The notes under the pieces were generated by a model. The model saw only the letters and a list, made by a program, of their open reading frames with translations, ran no database searches and had not been told where the DNA came from. A program made the position numbers and the translations under genes. A DNA stretch of 64,000 nt from Tubulanus polymorphus (lineage: Eukaryota > Animalia > Nemertea). Location: assembly GCF_964204645.1 (NCBI RefSeq), contig NC_134032.1, forward strand, positions 1,178,001-1,242,000, given 5' to 3'. Of this stretch, positions 1-15,187 are shown one piece after another (the first letter of the stretch is position 1; each line of letters opens with the position of its first letter).

Positions 1-74
1 GAGCTTGAAGTGAGAGGGGCGAAGGGAGATGGGTGGAGAGGGGGCTGAGAGCGAAGAGGATGATAGGGAGAGGC

Positions 75-1295
<1,221 letters not shown>

Positions 1296-1704
1296 AGAGG
1301 ATAGTGAGAACTAAACTGGCAAAACTACGTTCACTTTCAATAAGGTTTGGTCAGGTTTTACATGGAGAATATCTAAAAGGGGGCGCTGCTGGTTCGAGGC
1401 TGCAGCACCCCCTCCAAACCCTCTTCCCATCAGTATTATCCCTAGTATAGCTATTGGTTTTATTCGCCGTGATATTATTTACTCAATAAACGCGCGACCG
1501 GATATTCGACATGATCTCTCATCCGCCGTCCATTTCCGACATTTGTCATCGTCTGGGTGCTTTCAGTCGGAACCACCCGACGTTATACACACGGGCACTA
1601 TATTCGCAATAGGACGTAACCGTGTCACGCCACGCAGCGCCATCTACAGGCAATATTAGCGTCACCTTTCTTCCGGGAAGTATTTTGCCTGTTCCATTCG
1701 AGCA

Positions 1705-1787
1705 GGCGCAGTGGCCGAGTGGTTTAAGCCGCCGGTTACTGGTTTCGTTAAATTAGGGTTTTTGGTTTCGAATCCTGGTGGCGACAC
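1705..1787 (+). mobile_element. tRNA-derived SINE head or tRNA pseudogene (Ser/Leu-like)
   Basis: A-box GTGGCCGAGTGG at 1711 and B-box GGTTTCGAATCC at 1764; the acceptor stem does not pair cleanly. Confidence 0.5.
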
Positions 1788-3664
1788 ATTTTCTTGGTCG
1801 AAGGTTCCCCACTGGGAAAAAGAAACATCGAACCCACTAATAACGTGGCGCTCGAATCGTCGATTTTTTTTTTTAATCCCGTGTAATCAACAGGTGTTCA
1901 CCCGGGCGAAGCTAATAATATGAAATTCTCATTAAGTTGTTTTATTTAATCCTTTCTTTATTTTGTCTCGTTGCAGGTAAGCGATTTACTTGAACAGAAC
2001 GAAAAAGAAATGTTCCGGCGGAAATTACGGTAAAAGGGTGTCGGGCTGGGAATCGCACGTGGAGCCTCATCCGCAGTCGAATTCACTAACAATGTTCGGT
2101 ATCTATATTCTAAAAATCCCCAGGAAGTAATAATCTTTTCTATTAGTTCTCGATATCGTGTCGGTTCAACTTCGTATCCGACCCCGGTAAGTGAGGTAGC
2201 TCCCCCGGATGATTCCCACTCTGCTCGCGCGTGCGAAGTCGTACAGAAATTGAATTGTTTACAACTAGACCACTGACACAGTTTAAACGGGATACCGGCA
2301 ACGCTACTCTGGCAAGTGAGGATTGCGTCGGGTTGGCTAACACAGAGTAGAACATCCTCGCTTGCCAGGGGTCCGGTATCACTCCCGAACTCGCTTCCAC
2401 CAGCCCCCTGGCCTCACGAAGCGTGATTTCATTACTGGCGCTGTTGCGCATGACGTCATATATTGATTTGCGAAATACTTCCTTGTTCGGTAAAACGTTC
2501 GCTGATTGGTCCATTTAACGGGAAAACCAACAGAAGTCTACTGTCGGTTTGTTACAAGCGCTGTAATTGGTACGACCGGATTCTGGTCGGCTAGTAACGA
2601 CTCCAACGACTCGTGAGGTCAAGGGGTGCGGGGAACAGCTTTAGCGTAGTGGGTTCGAATCCCTTGACGGGTGAAGATGAGAGTAGAAACAAATCTCTAA
2701 AAGAAACTGACTGTAATACACGCCATCTAGCGTGACCGGTGACGTGTAAAGAGTCCCCATATTCTATCAGTAAATCGATTATACTTATTCACTCACGACT
2801 GCTAGTTACTATCGGGCAGCCGAAACCTTGTTTTAGTTCTACGAACGAGAACCAGGTTTTTTGGCGTTTTATAGCCGCAATACCACGTAAATCACTTGCC
2901 GCAGACTGCTCCCTTGGTCGCACTACTCTAATTCGAATATTCGCCTAAATTGAATTATTTCTACGTTAACGGCGACGAATACCGGCAGATAAAAAGCGAT
3001 TGAGACGGAGAGGAAAGGAATTTGATCGGCACAATCTCAATTTCTCGCTTTTTTTTTCGTCGTCGATTCCGAAAACAGATTTTCGATTTGCTCTCGCGTT
3101 ATTGAATTTCAATAAATGTCGCTTTGCGCCGCGTTGACAACCGAGAAGAAACCGACTCGCTTTTTAATCGGTTTTCTTCTTACCGTCGCTCTCTATCATT
3201 CTCTTCCTCTGACTACCTCCCTCCTCTCGGTTAACCTCCCTCCTCTCCTCACGCTATTCCCTCGCAAAACCTCTCATTTCTACCTCTCGCATTCACTTCT
3301 CAGATCGGCGCGCTGATTTTATCGCGTTAAAACTACGTTTTTCATTTTCGCTTCGCCAGTTTTTCGATTGAATATCACGCGCAGGAACGGTTCACCGATT
3401 CGACGCTAAGCGAAATCGACGACAGATTCAGTCTCTGCAGATTTCGATGAAATCCAAACTAACGTCAAAAATACTCGTAAATCGCGTATCGAACTGAAAC
3501 CATCGATGTATAATTTTACACTTCGGCGGATTTCGATAATTTCACGATCCAAAGTTCCATATATCAAAGTATAGCTAAATCTCGACAGGGCTGATGAGTG
3601 CGTGGTGCGCTTAATGTTTATATGTTTATATTTGAAACACATTATTTTCTGCTGTTGTTGATTT

Positions 3665-4055
3665 GCAACTACAGCCCCTGATAAAAACCACAGTAACTAT
3701 GAACTTTGAATTGTCACCACGTCAACTATCCACTGGTTAACTCTAACCAACTTTTGAGCAACTACAGCCCCTGATAAAAACCACAGTAACTATGAACTTT
3801 GAATTGTCACCACGTCAACTATCCACTGGTTAACTCTAACCAACTTTTGAGCAACTACAGCCCCTGATAGATACTATATTAACAATGGACTTTGAATTGT
3901 CGCTATATCAACTATCCACTGGTTAACTCTAACCAACTTTTGAGCAACTGCAGCCCTTGATAAATACTATAGTAACAATGAAATTTTAATTGTCACCACG
4001 TCAACTATCCACTGGTTAACTCTAACCAACTTTTGAGCAACTACAGCCCCTGATA
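3665..4055 (+). repeat. Dispersed ~87-90-bp tandem repeat family (CAACTATCCACTGGTTAACTCTAACCAACTTTTGAGCAACT...), copy 1
   Basis: About 4.5 units; the same family occurs at 5975-6352 (+) and 45672-45960 (-). Confidence 0.9.
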
Positions 4056-5203
4056 TGGATATGTTTATGTCTCCCTATCAACAAACCCGTCGAAGAAGGC
4101 TGGATCCTGCTTGTCAAATATAAAAACTACAACTCCGTTCGACGGCTGTTCTATGCACCCGGTACTGGGTGTATTTATGCAGTGACGTTACGTTCGCGTC
4201 GCTGTGAACCTCAACAAAGTCAACAATTCTAGCGCGTTTCGGTTTGAATTTCGAAAAATACGATCGATATTTCAACGTCGTCGACATACGTTTATAGAAA
4301 TGTGCGGAAAAATATACCACGTGCGGCGTTTGAATTTAGTTAAAGAAGAGGAAATATAAAGATCGATAAATTTAGCGTCGCCGCCGCGCGTGAAAGAGCC
4401 GGAAATTGATGCGAATATTTTCTGATTCGGCGAAAACCCCGTAAACTCGATACGGAATTGTATTATCTCAATATGCAGACGTACGTTTGAGGAGCGATAG
4501 GTCGCGGCCTCCGCTAACGTTATGTCTGACCGAATAGAGTTTATCTTGCACACTTGAATTCACCAGAACGGGATTTCTTCGTTTAATTAAATAAAATAGT
4601 TTCCAGTGAATGCGCTAGGTCGTTCTTTGATGGTTAAAATCAGGTTATCTTAAAACGAGAAAGTAGTTACAAAATTTACCTTTTCCAGAATTGATGCTAA
4701 ACACTATGATCAATGCGTCGAAAAAAAATACCTGAAAATATGTTAGATATTTGGTGAATGACAATGACGCTGGTCGTTTTTTTGGTTGGTTAAAATCAGG
4801 TTATCTTAAAACGACAAAGCAGTTGATCTTAAAGTAGGGATTGACCCTATCATTTATTTGATTGGTAGATTTCGTTTGATTTGCTTTGATTTGATTGTTG
4901 TCCCTTATATAGACCCACCACACCTGCCGGCAGCGAAACAGGGGGTTTGATTTTGAAATCGGAAATCGAAGTACGGATATAGTTGTGTGATCGGCGGTCG
5001 AATTTACAGAGTCTTGTGTTTAAATCGAAGTACATAATTGGGAAATTTGGTTCCGGTTCAATCATTCAAACTATCTTCCGAACAGCCTGAGGCGGCAAGC
5101 GAGAACAAGAAAGTAGTTACGCAGTTCACCTCTGAATAGGAATTGGCAGAATTGATATGCTAACCACTGAGATGGCTGCGTCGAAAAGAAATATCGAACA
5201 TGT

Positions 5204-5560
5204 TAGATATTTACATCCTCCCTCTGCAGGGACTCGAACCTGATGGCATCGCTACACTCAGCCACGGCACGAACCCCTGCATCAGTAGACTTGGTGCGCA
5301 GGTACATGCGCAGCTTTCCGAACGAAAACTGGCGGCACCAATCAGATCGCTCGTTGTATAATCGTTGAGGCAAATTTCAAGGAAGAACTATAAATGGGAA
5401 AATCCGGGCTAAAATAAAACGGGATTTCTGATTGGCTAAAAATCACATCATCTGAACTGCGCATGTATCTGCGCACACGGTCGATTATGGCAGGATTTCG
5501 TGCCGTGGCAATCTCGATGCCATCAGGTTCGAATCCCTGCCGGGGGAGGATGGATATTTA
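5204..5560. mobile_element. Foldback/MITE with ~110-bp imperfect inverted arms carrying B-box-like sequences
   Basis: CATCCTCCCTCTGCAGGGACTCGAACCTGATGGCATCG..GCCACGGCACGAA..TGCGCAGGTACATGCGCAG is mirrored by CTGCGCATGTATCTGCGCA..TTCGTGCCGTGGC..CGATGCCATCAGGTTCGAATCCCTGCCGGGGGAGGATG. Confidence 0.75.
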
Positions 5561-5974
5561 GCGTACGGCAAAATACGCACGAGCCAAAAACTGCGCCTGC
5601 GCACTTCGCGTGCGTATTATTCGGCTGATGAAGCGGGGCCCTTGTCGACAGTTATAACTTTCTAATACATTATATGACTCGTGCATGCGCCCGATGATCG
5701 ATTGGACCCTGGCGGCCATGTCATTATCGGTAGATATCACACCATACCGCTGTATTTAATCGTTTAATTCGAATAGTCAATTATATTTTTGCGCGCGTGA
5801 TATCCGTCAACAAGTGCGTGCGTATCCCCTAATCATCTAACAAAAATATACATTTTGGTCCAGTTCAACAGTTGTGAGTTTAGATTTAACTCTGAGTTCA
5901 CTCATCGAAAATGAACTTAAACTTAGAGTCTAACTCACAACACTGTGTGTTGGGTCAGGTTGGGTCATTACCAA

Positions 5975-6352
5975 TGGATAAATTACATAGTAACAATGAA
6001 CTTTTAATTGTCACTATGTCAACTATCCACTGGTTAACTATAACCAACCTTTGAGCAACTGCAGCCCCTGATAAATGTGATAGTAACAATGAACTTTTAA
6101 TAGTCACCACGTCAACTATCCACTGGTTAACTCTAACCAACTTTTGAGCAACTGCAGCCCCTGATAAATACTATAGTAACAATGGACTTTCAATTGTCAC
6201 TATGTCAACTATCCACTGGTTAACTATAACCAACTTTTGAGCAACTGCAGCCCCCGATAAATACTATAGTAACAATGAACTTTTAATTGTCACTATATCA
6301 ACTATCCACTGCCATTAACTCTAACCAACCTTTGAGCAACTGCAGCCCCTTG
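5975..6352 (+). repeat. Same ~87-90-bp tandem repeat family, copy 2
   Basis: About 4 units with the same core as 3665-4055. Confidence 0.9.
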
Positions 6353-7738
6353 ATTTTATGTAAATGAGAACGTCACTATCATAAGCACTATTTTACCGAA
6401 TCGTCGGAGTCATCGAGAATGAGAATGGATCGTCACGAGTAACTAATAATCTGAGAGTAATTTCATTCTAATTCAAGCCGACAGCCGCTGTATCTATATT
6501 TGATTTAACCGGCCGTGCCAATATTGTTTAGCGGGTTTTCCCGGCCTCGCGGGCTTTCAATAATCGTGTTTTGAACGTCAAAACCGATCTTTTCGCAACG
6601 ACACTTAACGAGCCCGGTGGTGATTTCGAACGGGATCGAATTTCAAGGCGCGCTTTGCACTTGAAGAAGGTCGCGCTAAAACGGAAGCCGCTACAAGTGC
6701 TTTTAAATCTGTATAAACAGTTCCACTCAAATTGTCGCGATGCGTATGCAATGTCGATTTTAAATACATATCGACCTATCGACCTGTTAATTATCGATCC
6801 ATCATGTTACAAGAAATATATTATTTGCAAGTCAACTGCATCAAATGTGTTTAGATCTCGGATCCGTTTCGGTTCTAACTGATCTAACAAGTTTAAAGAT
6901 TCGCGACCATTTTGCGCTTAAGCAATGACACGTATGCACATGCAAGCCTCTAATGGTCTAAGCCCGTCGCGTGTGGACCGAAACCAGTCTAAGGTTCTGA
7001 AGGATCATCACCGCAAAAACCAAAAAACTAATATTATGTGGAAAAATTGAATATTTTGTTGTGTTGATATTGGATTCTCTTCGCATCCCCGCAACAGGTT
7101 GTGAGTGCAAGTCGAGCACACGACATACACGGGTTACCATGGAAACCTTCAAACTACCAATACCGGTGATAACGGCTCGACGTTTGCTGCAACCGTTGGG
7201 AGACTGGGAGATGGTTTTTGTTCGTAGTTATTTTTAGACCGAATATCGAGATATCTGCGAAAGTTATTGTTCTCGGAATTTTCTGGTTTTGTGTCGTGTC
7301 GATTAGAAAAACGAAACAATTTCTCGAAATGTCGACACTTTCAGTTAGGAACCCGTGCACCACCAGGTGGCGTTACTTATCAGTCGGTTTAACGTTACTC
7401 AAATTTAGTTGAGAGTAGAATTGTTGCGGGGCTCATGGGTGTCCCTAGGGGGAGGGGGGTCGTACGGTAGTTCGAACGAACGAAACCCCCTTTTTCTAAT
7501 TTTCAAACGTCGACAAACGTCGGCGCATGGTCTGCATTTGCTGAATTAGCAAAATAAAATCGATACATGCAAAGTAAACGGGAACCAGTCTACCTACCTG
7601 GCATAGATTGCACCAGAACGCGCCTGCTTGCCCCCGCTCCCAGACCCCCTCTATTCCCGAAAACGAACTCCCCAAAAAAATCCAGGGGACGCCCATTGAG
7701 CTTACTTGGCGATTTTGAAATTCTAAGGTTGATAATAA

Positions 7739-8614
<876 letters not shown>

Positions 8615-11551
8615 CGCATGCGCGCAGTGCTCTACGGTTTTCAGCGGAATGGAATTTTGAAAGAAAAAAATGAAATTTACCTCAATTTTTGCTTCTTATA
8701 AATGAAATAATAATCGTTTTAAGATCGCCGGTGTCGCGGGGTTATCATCGTTTAGATCATCGCCATTTTCATCCTCCGTATTTGTTCATTACTATTTATC
8801 CATTTATTTTTCTATTTTATCTGGTTTTAGAATTTATTGTAAATAGGATTTGTCTATAATAATGATAATAATGGTTACTGAAAAAAAGGGATGTTCAAGG
8901 GTATAAATCGCAGTGGTCGATCGTGTTCGAATCCGCAATTTCTGCCACTCTCAGTCTACGGCCGCGGTGCCTACAACTAATTTCGCTTTCAAGGTCATGT
9001 GTTTTATCTTATATACCATAATACGGTTGATAACGATCTTTTTTTCTAAATTTCTTTTTCGATTGATTATCACGTGATCGTGATCGTGATTATTATCACG
9101 TGATATTTTAACTACGAAAATCCGACCGAGCAGACGGCGTTTAATTCACCGTACTCTGCTAATACGGTGTGTTGACCACGATCGCCGCTAGGTGGCGCTT
9201 GCGTGTGAAATTATCTTCGAAAACGCAAAATAAAAAAAAACGTTCCAGTTAACAAATCGTGTGTGTAAATGTTTGTACGTCGTGTATTATAAGACTAGAG
9301 GTGATTATCGATTGAACATGATGTAAAAAGTAAACAATCTATCTGTATATAGAGGTGACCCTGATTCTGGTCAAAATGGCTTCCGATTGATATACATATA
9401 TATATATATATATATTAACATACATCCATGTATAGATATAATTAGGACTTCGTGTTTTTTTTTTAAATTCGCTTCGATGTTTTGCCGGCAGAGGATGCGT
9501 CGATCTAAGACGTGTGTGGGGTGGACCAAAAACCGGTTTTGCTAACAAGGTCCTATATAGCACGGTCAGGACTTGAGAGTCCAAAACCGGTCTTTAATAA
9601 AAGTGGTCTTCGGTTATTAGATTTTGGTATATTACCAAAATGAACTCGTCCTGGCCTTAAACGTCAGCCTTTTGGTGGCTGCGCATTACTGGTCCCTGGG
9701 TCCTTTTGCCCAAAAGTTGTTTACAGGTTACGATATAATGATAATAATAGTAATATTGATAATGATAATTTTATTTCTTTTATACCGCGCTCCGTAAAGA
9801 GTTCAGTGCGGTACACACACATATGTAGGGCTATGAAATTTACGAATTGAAATTGAAAACGATTAATTGGAATGTTGCGCCAAGAGAAATGTTTTTAAAA
9901 CTCTGTTTAGAAGATTAGAATAAATTAGTGCAGGATCTGATTCTTAAAGATAAAGCATAACCGCAGATATCACTCTGTTATTGTTACCATATTTAGTGGT
10001 CTGTACGCAGTGAAATACATGTTCCAAATCACTCACAGCACATATCAAAACATGATTAAACTACAGGACTACAAAAATGCCTTGATAAAAAGATTGATTT
10101 CCAGCAACTTCTTGAAACAGTTGTTGAAACTATCAATATCGTGTAAATATTAAACAACTTTCACAATAAAAACGTCCACCATTTTGCACGGGGCACTTTT
10201 AAAAGATTTATTATATATGACTAGATGGGCGTAACGGACGCATACGTGGACCCGCATTGTCACCGCGGGCTATTATTCGATGATAAACTTGAAACGAATT
10301 TTTGAGCAACCGGTCTCCGGGCGGGTATCAACTTTATGCACTCGTTTCTTAGTTAACTAGGTTCGCTAATTAAATACTATTTTCATAACAAAACACTTTA
10401 TCACACTTAAAAGAGTCTTATAATCTATTATTGGAGGTGTTTTGACCTTATGAAAGCTCAAAATTGCTCAAAAAGTAATTCTTTTCTCGGAATAATCTCT
10501 GGATGAAGTTGTTGTTTAAAGGTCAGGTCGATGATTACGACACGTTTCGTTGTCGATGGCCCGATAGTTAACTCCACACACCGTCTCCGCGGCGCTTTGC
10601 TCCGAAGCCGAAACCGCATCCGAATATTTTTCAATTAAGGCATATTGTTATCGTTCGATTTTTGTGAACGTGTTTCCGATTTGCAGATGTATATGTTAAG
10701 TTAGCGACCTTGTCCTAACAGTCTTTCTATCGATGCGTTAGTAGCGAAATTGATGAAAGTGAAATGATATCGTCCGATTCTATTTTTAAGATATCCTGAG
10801 AAGAATAATTAATTGATTCCCCATTAGTACACACACCACCCCCTCCCACATGCCAGACGGCTACTAAATTTCAACAGGATAAGCAATCGTTGTTTTACTA
10901 TCAATGCGCGACTTGGTCCACGCAGCTTCTGCTGCGCGTGTCGTAAGTACAGATCCACCAGGTGGCGATAGAGTACGGTAGTGCGTCGAAGCTTAATTTT
11001 GTCCCAGATTCGTTAAAAATTTTATCCCAATTTAGAAAATTAATGAACTACACGTTCAGTCTCCGAATCTGTATAAGATCAAACGGGATTCAAAAATAAC
11101 TTTAAATTTTGATTTAGTAGAAATTCTAGTACGGACGACCGAGTAACCCGCAAGTGAACAAGGTGGATCCAGTATTACAACAGAGTGTGCGTAATTAATT
11201 ATCTTTGGATGGACACAAATTATATCACATATGACGACTTTGTTTGTTTATTTTTTGGAAATCTTTCAAAACCAAAACGAATGGAAAAGTTGGGCCTACT
11301 CGCGGCATTTTTCCGGTTAGGGCCATCGCGTTCACTGTTAGTTTGTCGCTCGTCCGTATAGACAGTGTCGTCAACCCGGGACACATCAGCAGCTAGTTCA
11401 TTATTCCTATCGTAATCGAGAGCTCGGTAGGACCTTGTGGACTCTAAAACGTGTTTTTCGTTTCGTCAAGTCGCTTCGTTTTAGAGCCCATGGTTCAATA
11501 AATTCAACCCTGGAGTTGACGCACTATTGTTAACTGTGACAGGGTCCCTAG

Positions 11552-11655
11552 AGTCCGGTTCCGCAGTTCTAAGATTTGACTCTGGGTTAAAACATTGAAA
11601 ATGAACTAACTTTAACTCTGAGTTAACTCTTAACTCGCATCTGTGGAACTGGGTC
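11552..11655. mobile_element. ~108-bp Harbinger/PIF-like MITE family A (G(A/G)(C/T)CCAGTTCCACAGTT TIRs)
   Basis: TIRs are present. Family copies lie at 40674, 44760, 55715, 57269 and 61817, with a degenerate copy at ~5857. Several copies have 3-bp CWG TSDs. Confidence 0.8.
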
Positions 11656-11658
11656 CTG

Positions 11659-11791
11659 GGGCCGGTTGCACAGGTTTGCCTTAGACTTAAGACCAGTCTG
11701 AGACCAACTTAGTTCTATAGCCAATCTAACGACTTTAGACCAGTCTCAAGATTAAAGACTAATTTTGGACTCACGACTGTGCAACTGGGTC
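11659..11791. mobile_element. Harbinger-like MITE family B
   Basis: ctg|GGGCCGGTTGCACAG...CTGTGCAACTGGGTC|ctg (CTG TSD); second copy at ~31463-31630. Confidence 0.75.
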
Positions 11792-13022
11792 CTGGTTGTT
11801 TTCTGTAAACTGTGGTTTAGTAGTGACCGGTACGCTTGAATCCAACTCTAAACTACGGCTGCGACTAGGATACTCTATATCCTTCCGTGAACTGTAACGT
11901 GATAGCGACAGGGGTGCTACAGTCCTACTTCGAGGTAATATATTTTGGGGTGCTATAGTCGTTTTTTCGTCTTGTCCAGTTCAAGTCCGAACTTAATTCT
12001 CCGAGCAGAGTTTAATCTCGAGATTAGTTGGAACATAATAGTAATGATAATATTTGTAAATGTTTTATTCCGTTGTTCAAGAAAGTTCCATTAGCTAACG
12101 GTGGAAATAATGGTTCTACGCCTAAATTCCGAGGGGAGAGAAGTGTCAATGCAGAGTAATGATATCGTTATTCCTTCCTTCGACTTGTGATTGCGTGGCA
12201 TCGCTATATACCCTGTCACATACGAGGTCGATATGTCCCGAACTAGAAGTAGCGTCTCTAAACTCAGTAACAGGCGTAACGACGATTGTATCTACAACAC
12301 GCGTGTGTGCTAGCGTTAAAAAACGCTGGAAAACGGTATTGTATGTATATAATACTAACTAGCATCGATTGCGTCATAATACCCTAAAGATGGGGATGAC
12401 GTTTTCGTATATTGGTACTGGCGCGAATGTTACGCCCTACCTTGGAGTAACCATTTGTCAAATGATTACTCCAAGGCCCCAAAAAAGGTCGACGTGACAT
12501 GATATATATATATGTAAAGTGTTCAGACGGTTGTGACGTCACTTCAATTGCCACAGGGGACTGAGGCGTTAATGATGACGCGATAAGTGATGTAAACATG
12601 CTACGTGGGACTTTCAGCAGAACGGATATGACGTCACTCTCCTCGGATTGTAGAATGATATTTTTATTCTCTTGTCAATAGTAATCCGTGTGCGTGTATA
12701 TACGCGTGTGCGCTCGTGTGCGCTCCCTCCTTCTCTTCCTCTCTTTTCTCTATCATGTTTGTAAATTTTCATCATTAAGAATACTTCGAACTCTATATTC
12801 CGACACAGGGTTAGTTCTGCGGCGCGCCACGCGGATCATCAGTATACGCGGCCAAATCTACCAGTTTCAGAACCAAAATACGATTGCGAATACATTCCCA
12901 CAGCGATCCCCAGCAGGAGACGGGAACATATGCATTAAGGATTTAAATATTTCAAAATCATGATTCGTTTCAAATTCGATTAGTATTGATCATTATTTTC
13001 AAACGAATATAAAATTTACAAT

Positions 13023-13175
13023 CGGAAGTTCAGATAGTACCCGGAAGTTCAGATAGTACCCGGAAGTTCAGATAGCACCCGAAAATTTAGATTGTACCCG
13101 GAAGTTTAGGTAGAAGCCGGAAGTTCAGATAGTACCCGGAAGTTCATTTAGTACCCGGAAGTTTAGATAGTACCC
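13023..13175 (+). repeat. 19-bp minisatellite CGGAAGTTCAGATAGTACC, ~8 units
   Basis: Direct tandem units; may lie inside a degenerate TIR element at ~12804-13212. Confidence 0.9.
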
Positions 13176-14088
13176 GTGTTTGATTTTCGCCGCGCACGCA
13201 GAACAATCCGTGGCCTCGGTTTCGGTAGGTTTTTTTATACGAAATTAAAAAATAAATAATTTTAAACTATCAAAAAGACGATGAGTTGACTTTTCTCTTT
13301 TCTATCGAAAAGACTGTGTTTCTTGTGAATATGATACTATGAATATGTTCTGAATTTTGGATGATATTTCCTTATTTCTTTAGGTAACGATATTCTTTTT
13401 TTAGCTAAAATTCCCACTTACTTATCAATTAATTAATGAATTTGAATGGTCATTTATCATCTGAATTGACAAACTTTCCATATTTTTCCTGCGATATTAT
13501 TTTAATTGCGTGCAAATAAGCGGAGAACATACAAACACCTGTCGCTCTTTGCCAGACGATACTAGAAATATCCCGATTCAAATTACTCTTTTAATGCTTA
13601 TTCTCTTATATGAAAATTGTTTGGTTCAATAGTGTCTGAGCAGATTTCAGAGTTTGAGAATTTTCCGCGGCATCCGGCCCGCAAATCGGTAATTAGTTCG
13701 TCCACTACGGCCGTTCGAAGACTCTGGCAAGCGAGTATTATGTAGTTGGTTTCATTAGGGAGAGTTTTATTGTATCCCGGACGAAGAATGGTCGACCTTA
13801 ATAGGATGTTTAAGCGTTCATGTGCTGCAACGTTGATGGTAACTTTGGATTAATGCACAATTTTGGAAAATAAAATTTAATTTGCTTGAAATTCTTTCTG
13901 TGGCATGTGAGTCTACCGCTTTACGGATGGTAAAACATTCCGCTGACAAATGAGTTCTATCAAAAATAGCTTGAAAATCATTATAAGAATAAGATCCTCT
14001 TAAATAGACCTTAGACGAAGATATAATTATTCATATACAACGAAATCGTGCTAAAGAATGAACGAAATTCGGCAAAAAATGTCTGCAT

Positions 14089-14705
14089 TACTCGCATGCC
14101 ACAGTAAGATGACTAGGCTGGGTTTGATGTCAACCGTATAGTGCTGCCGCTATGAATAACGATGGCGGGATTTCTGTGAACTAAAATACTGGCGCATATT
14201 TACTGCCGGAATATAAAGTACATTATTACGTAGAATACGGACCAGTTTGTCGTCTAATTCTGATTAAATATGATATTATGAATACGTCCTTAATTTTTGA
14301 TGATATTTCCTTTTTTTTCAGGAAACGATATTCAATTTTTTCTTTAGCTAAAATTCACTTACTTATCAATTAATTAGTATTATATACAGAGTGAATTATT
14401 CATTTACATTTTTGAATGATCATTTATCATCTGAATTGACAAACTTTCCATATTTTTCCTGCGATATTATTTAAATTGCGCGCAAATAATTGGTACATAA
14501 AAACACCTGTCGCTCTCTGCCAGACGATACTAGAAATATCCCGATTCAAATTTACTCTTTTAATGCTTATTCTCTTATAGATATTGCATGGTTCAAACGT
14601 TTCAGAAAAGTTTTAAGAGTTTGAGAACTTTCCTCGGAATCCGGCCCGCAAATCGGTAATTAGTTCGTCTACTACGGCCGTTCGAAGACTCTGGCAAGCG
14701 AGTAT
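14089..14705. mobile_element. ~615-bp non-autonomous DNA transposon with TACTCGC(A/T)TGCCA(C/G)AGT TIRs
   Basis: Left TACTCGCATGCCACAGT and right ACTCTGGCAAGCGAGTA. An inverted full copy lies at ~22530-23094, with partial copies at ~13330-13737 and ~27570-28030. Confidence 0.65.
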
Positions 14706-15187
14706 TATGTTAGTTCACGTTTTACCCGCTATCGTTATACATAGGGGCAGCACTAGACGGTCGGCTCGGAAATCGCGCACTCAATTCAATCGCTAATTCT
14801 TTATTTACAATGAAACTATTCTCTCGATAAGAATTCATGAGATTTCTTGTCCTCAAAAACACGGGAACCTCAGTGTTTTTAACCTTGCTGTGGCCGTGGC
14901 CACCGACCTTCACTACGTCCTACAACCACCTACTGACACTATAATAGGCCCGTAAGCAGGTAAGTAAAATAATTCATGAGATTTCATGTCTTCCAGGGAC
15001 ACAAGGGGGGACCTCACGCAGTGAACTCGCAGACACAGGGGGCCTCACTCAGTGACCTCACATACACAGGGACCTCACTCGATATCAATAACCACTTTCA
15101 CTAGGCCATGCTAGCAGGTTACCATCAGCTGGCTTGACCAGTTTCACGATCTTACTCCCAGTCCCACAGCAACTCGTATCAGCGGAG

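Noticed and set aside
1705-1787. Functional tRNA genes (also 18939-19003, 21330-21492, 40140-40200)
   Set aside because: A/B boxes are present but complete cloverleafs cannot be built; treated as SINE heads.
2143-2514. 123-aa ORF and the other short (<135 aa) ORFs in repeat or intergenic DNA
   Set aside because: They overlap MITE or tandem-repeat sequence or are antisense shadows of real exons; no recognisable domains.
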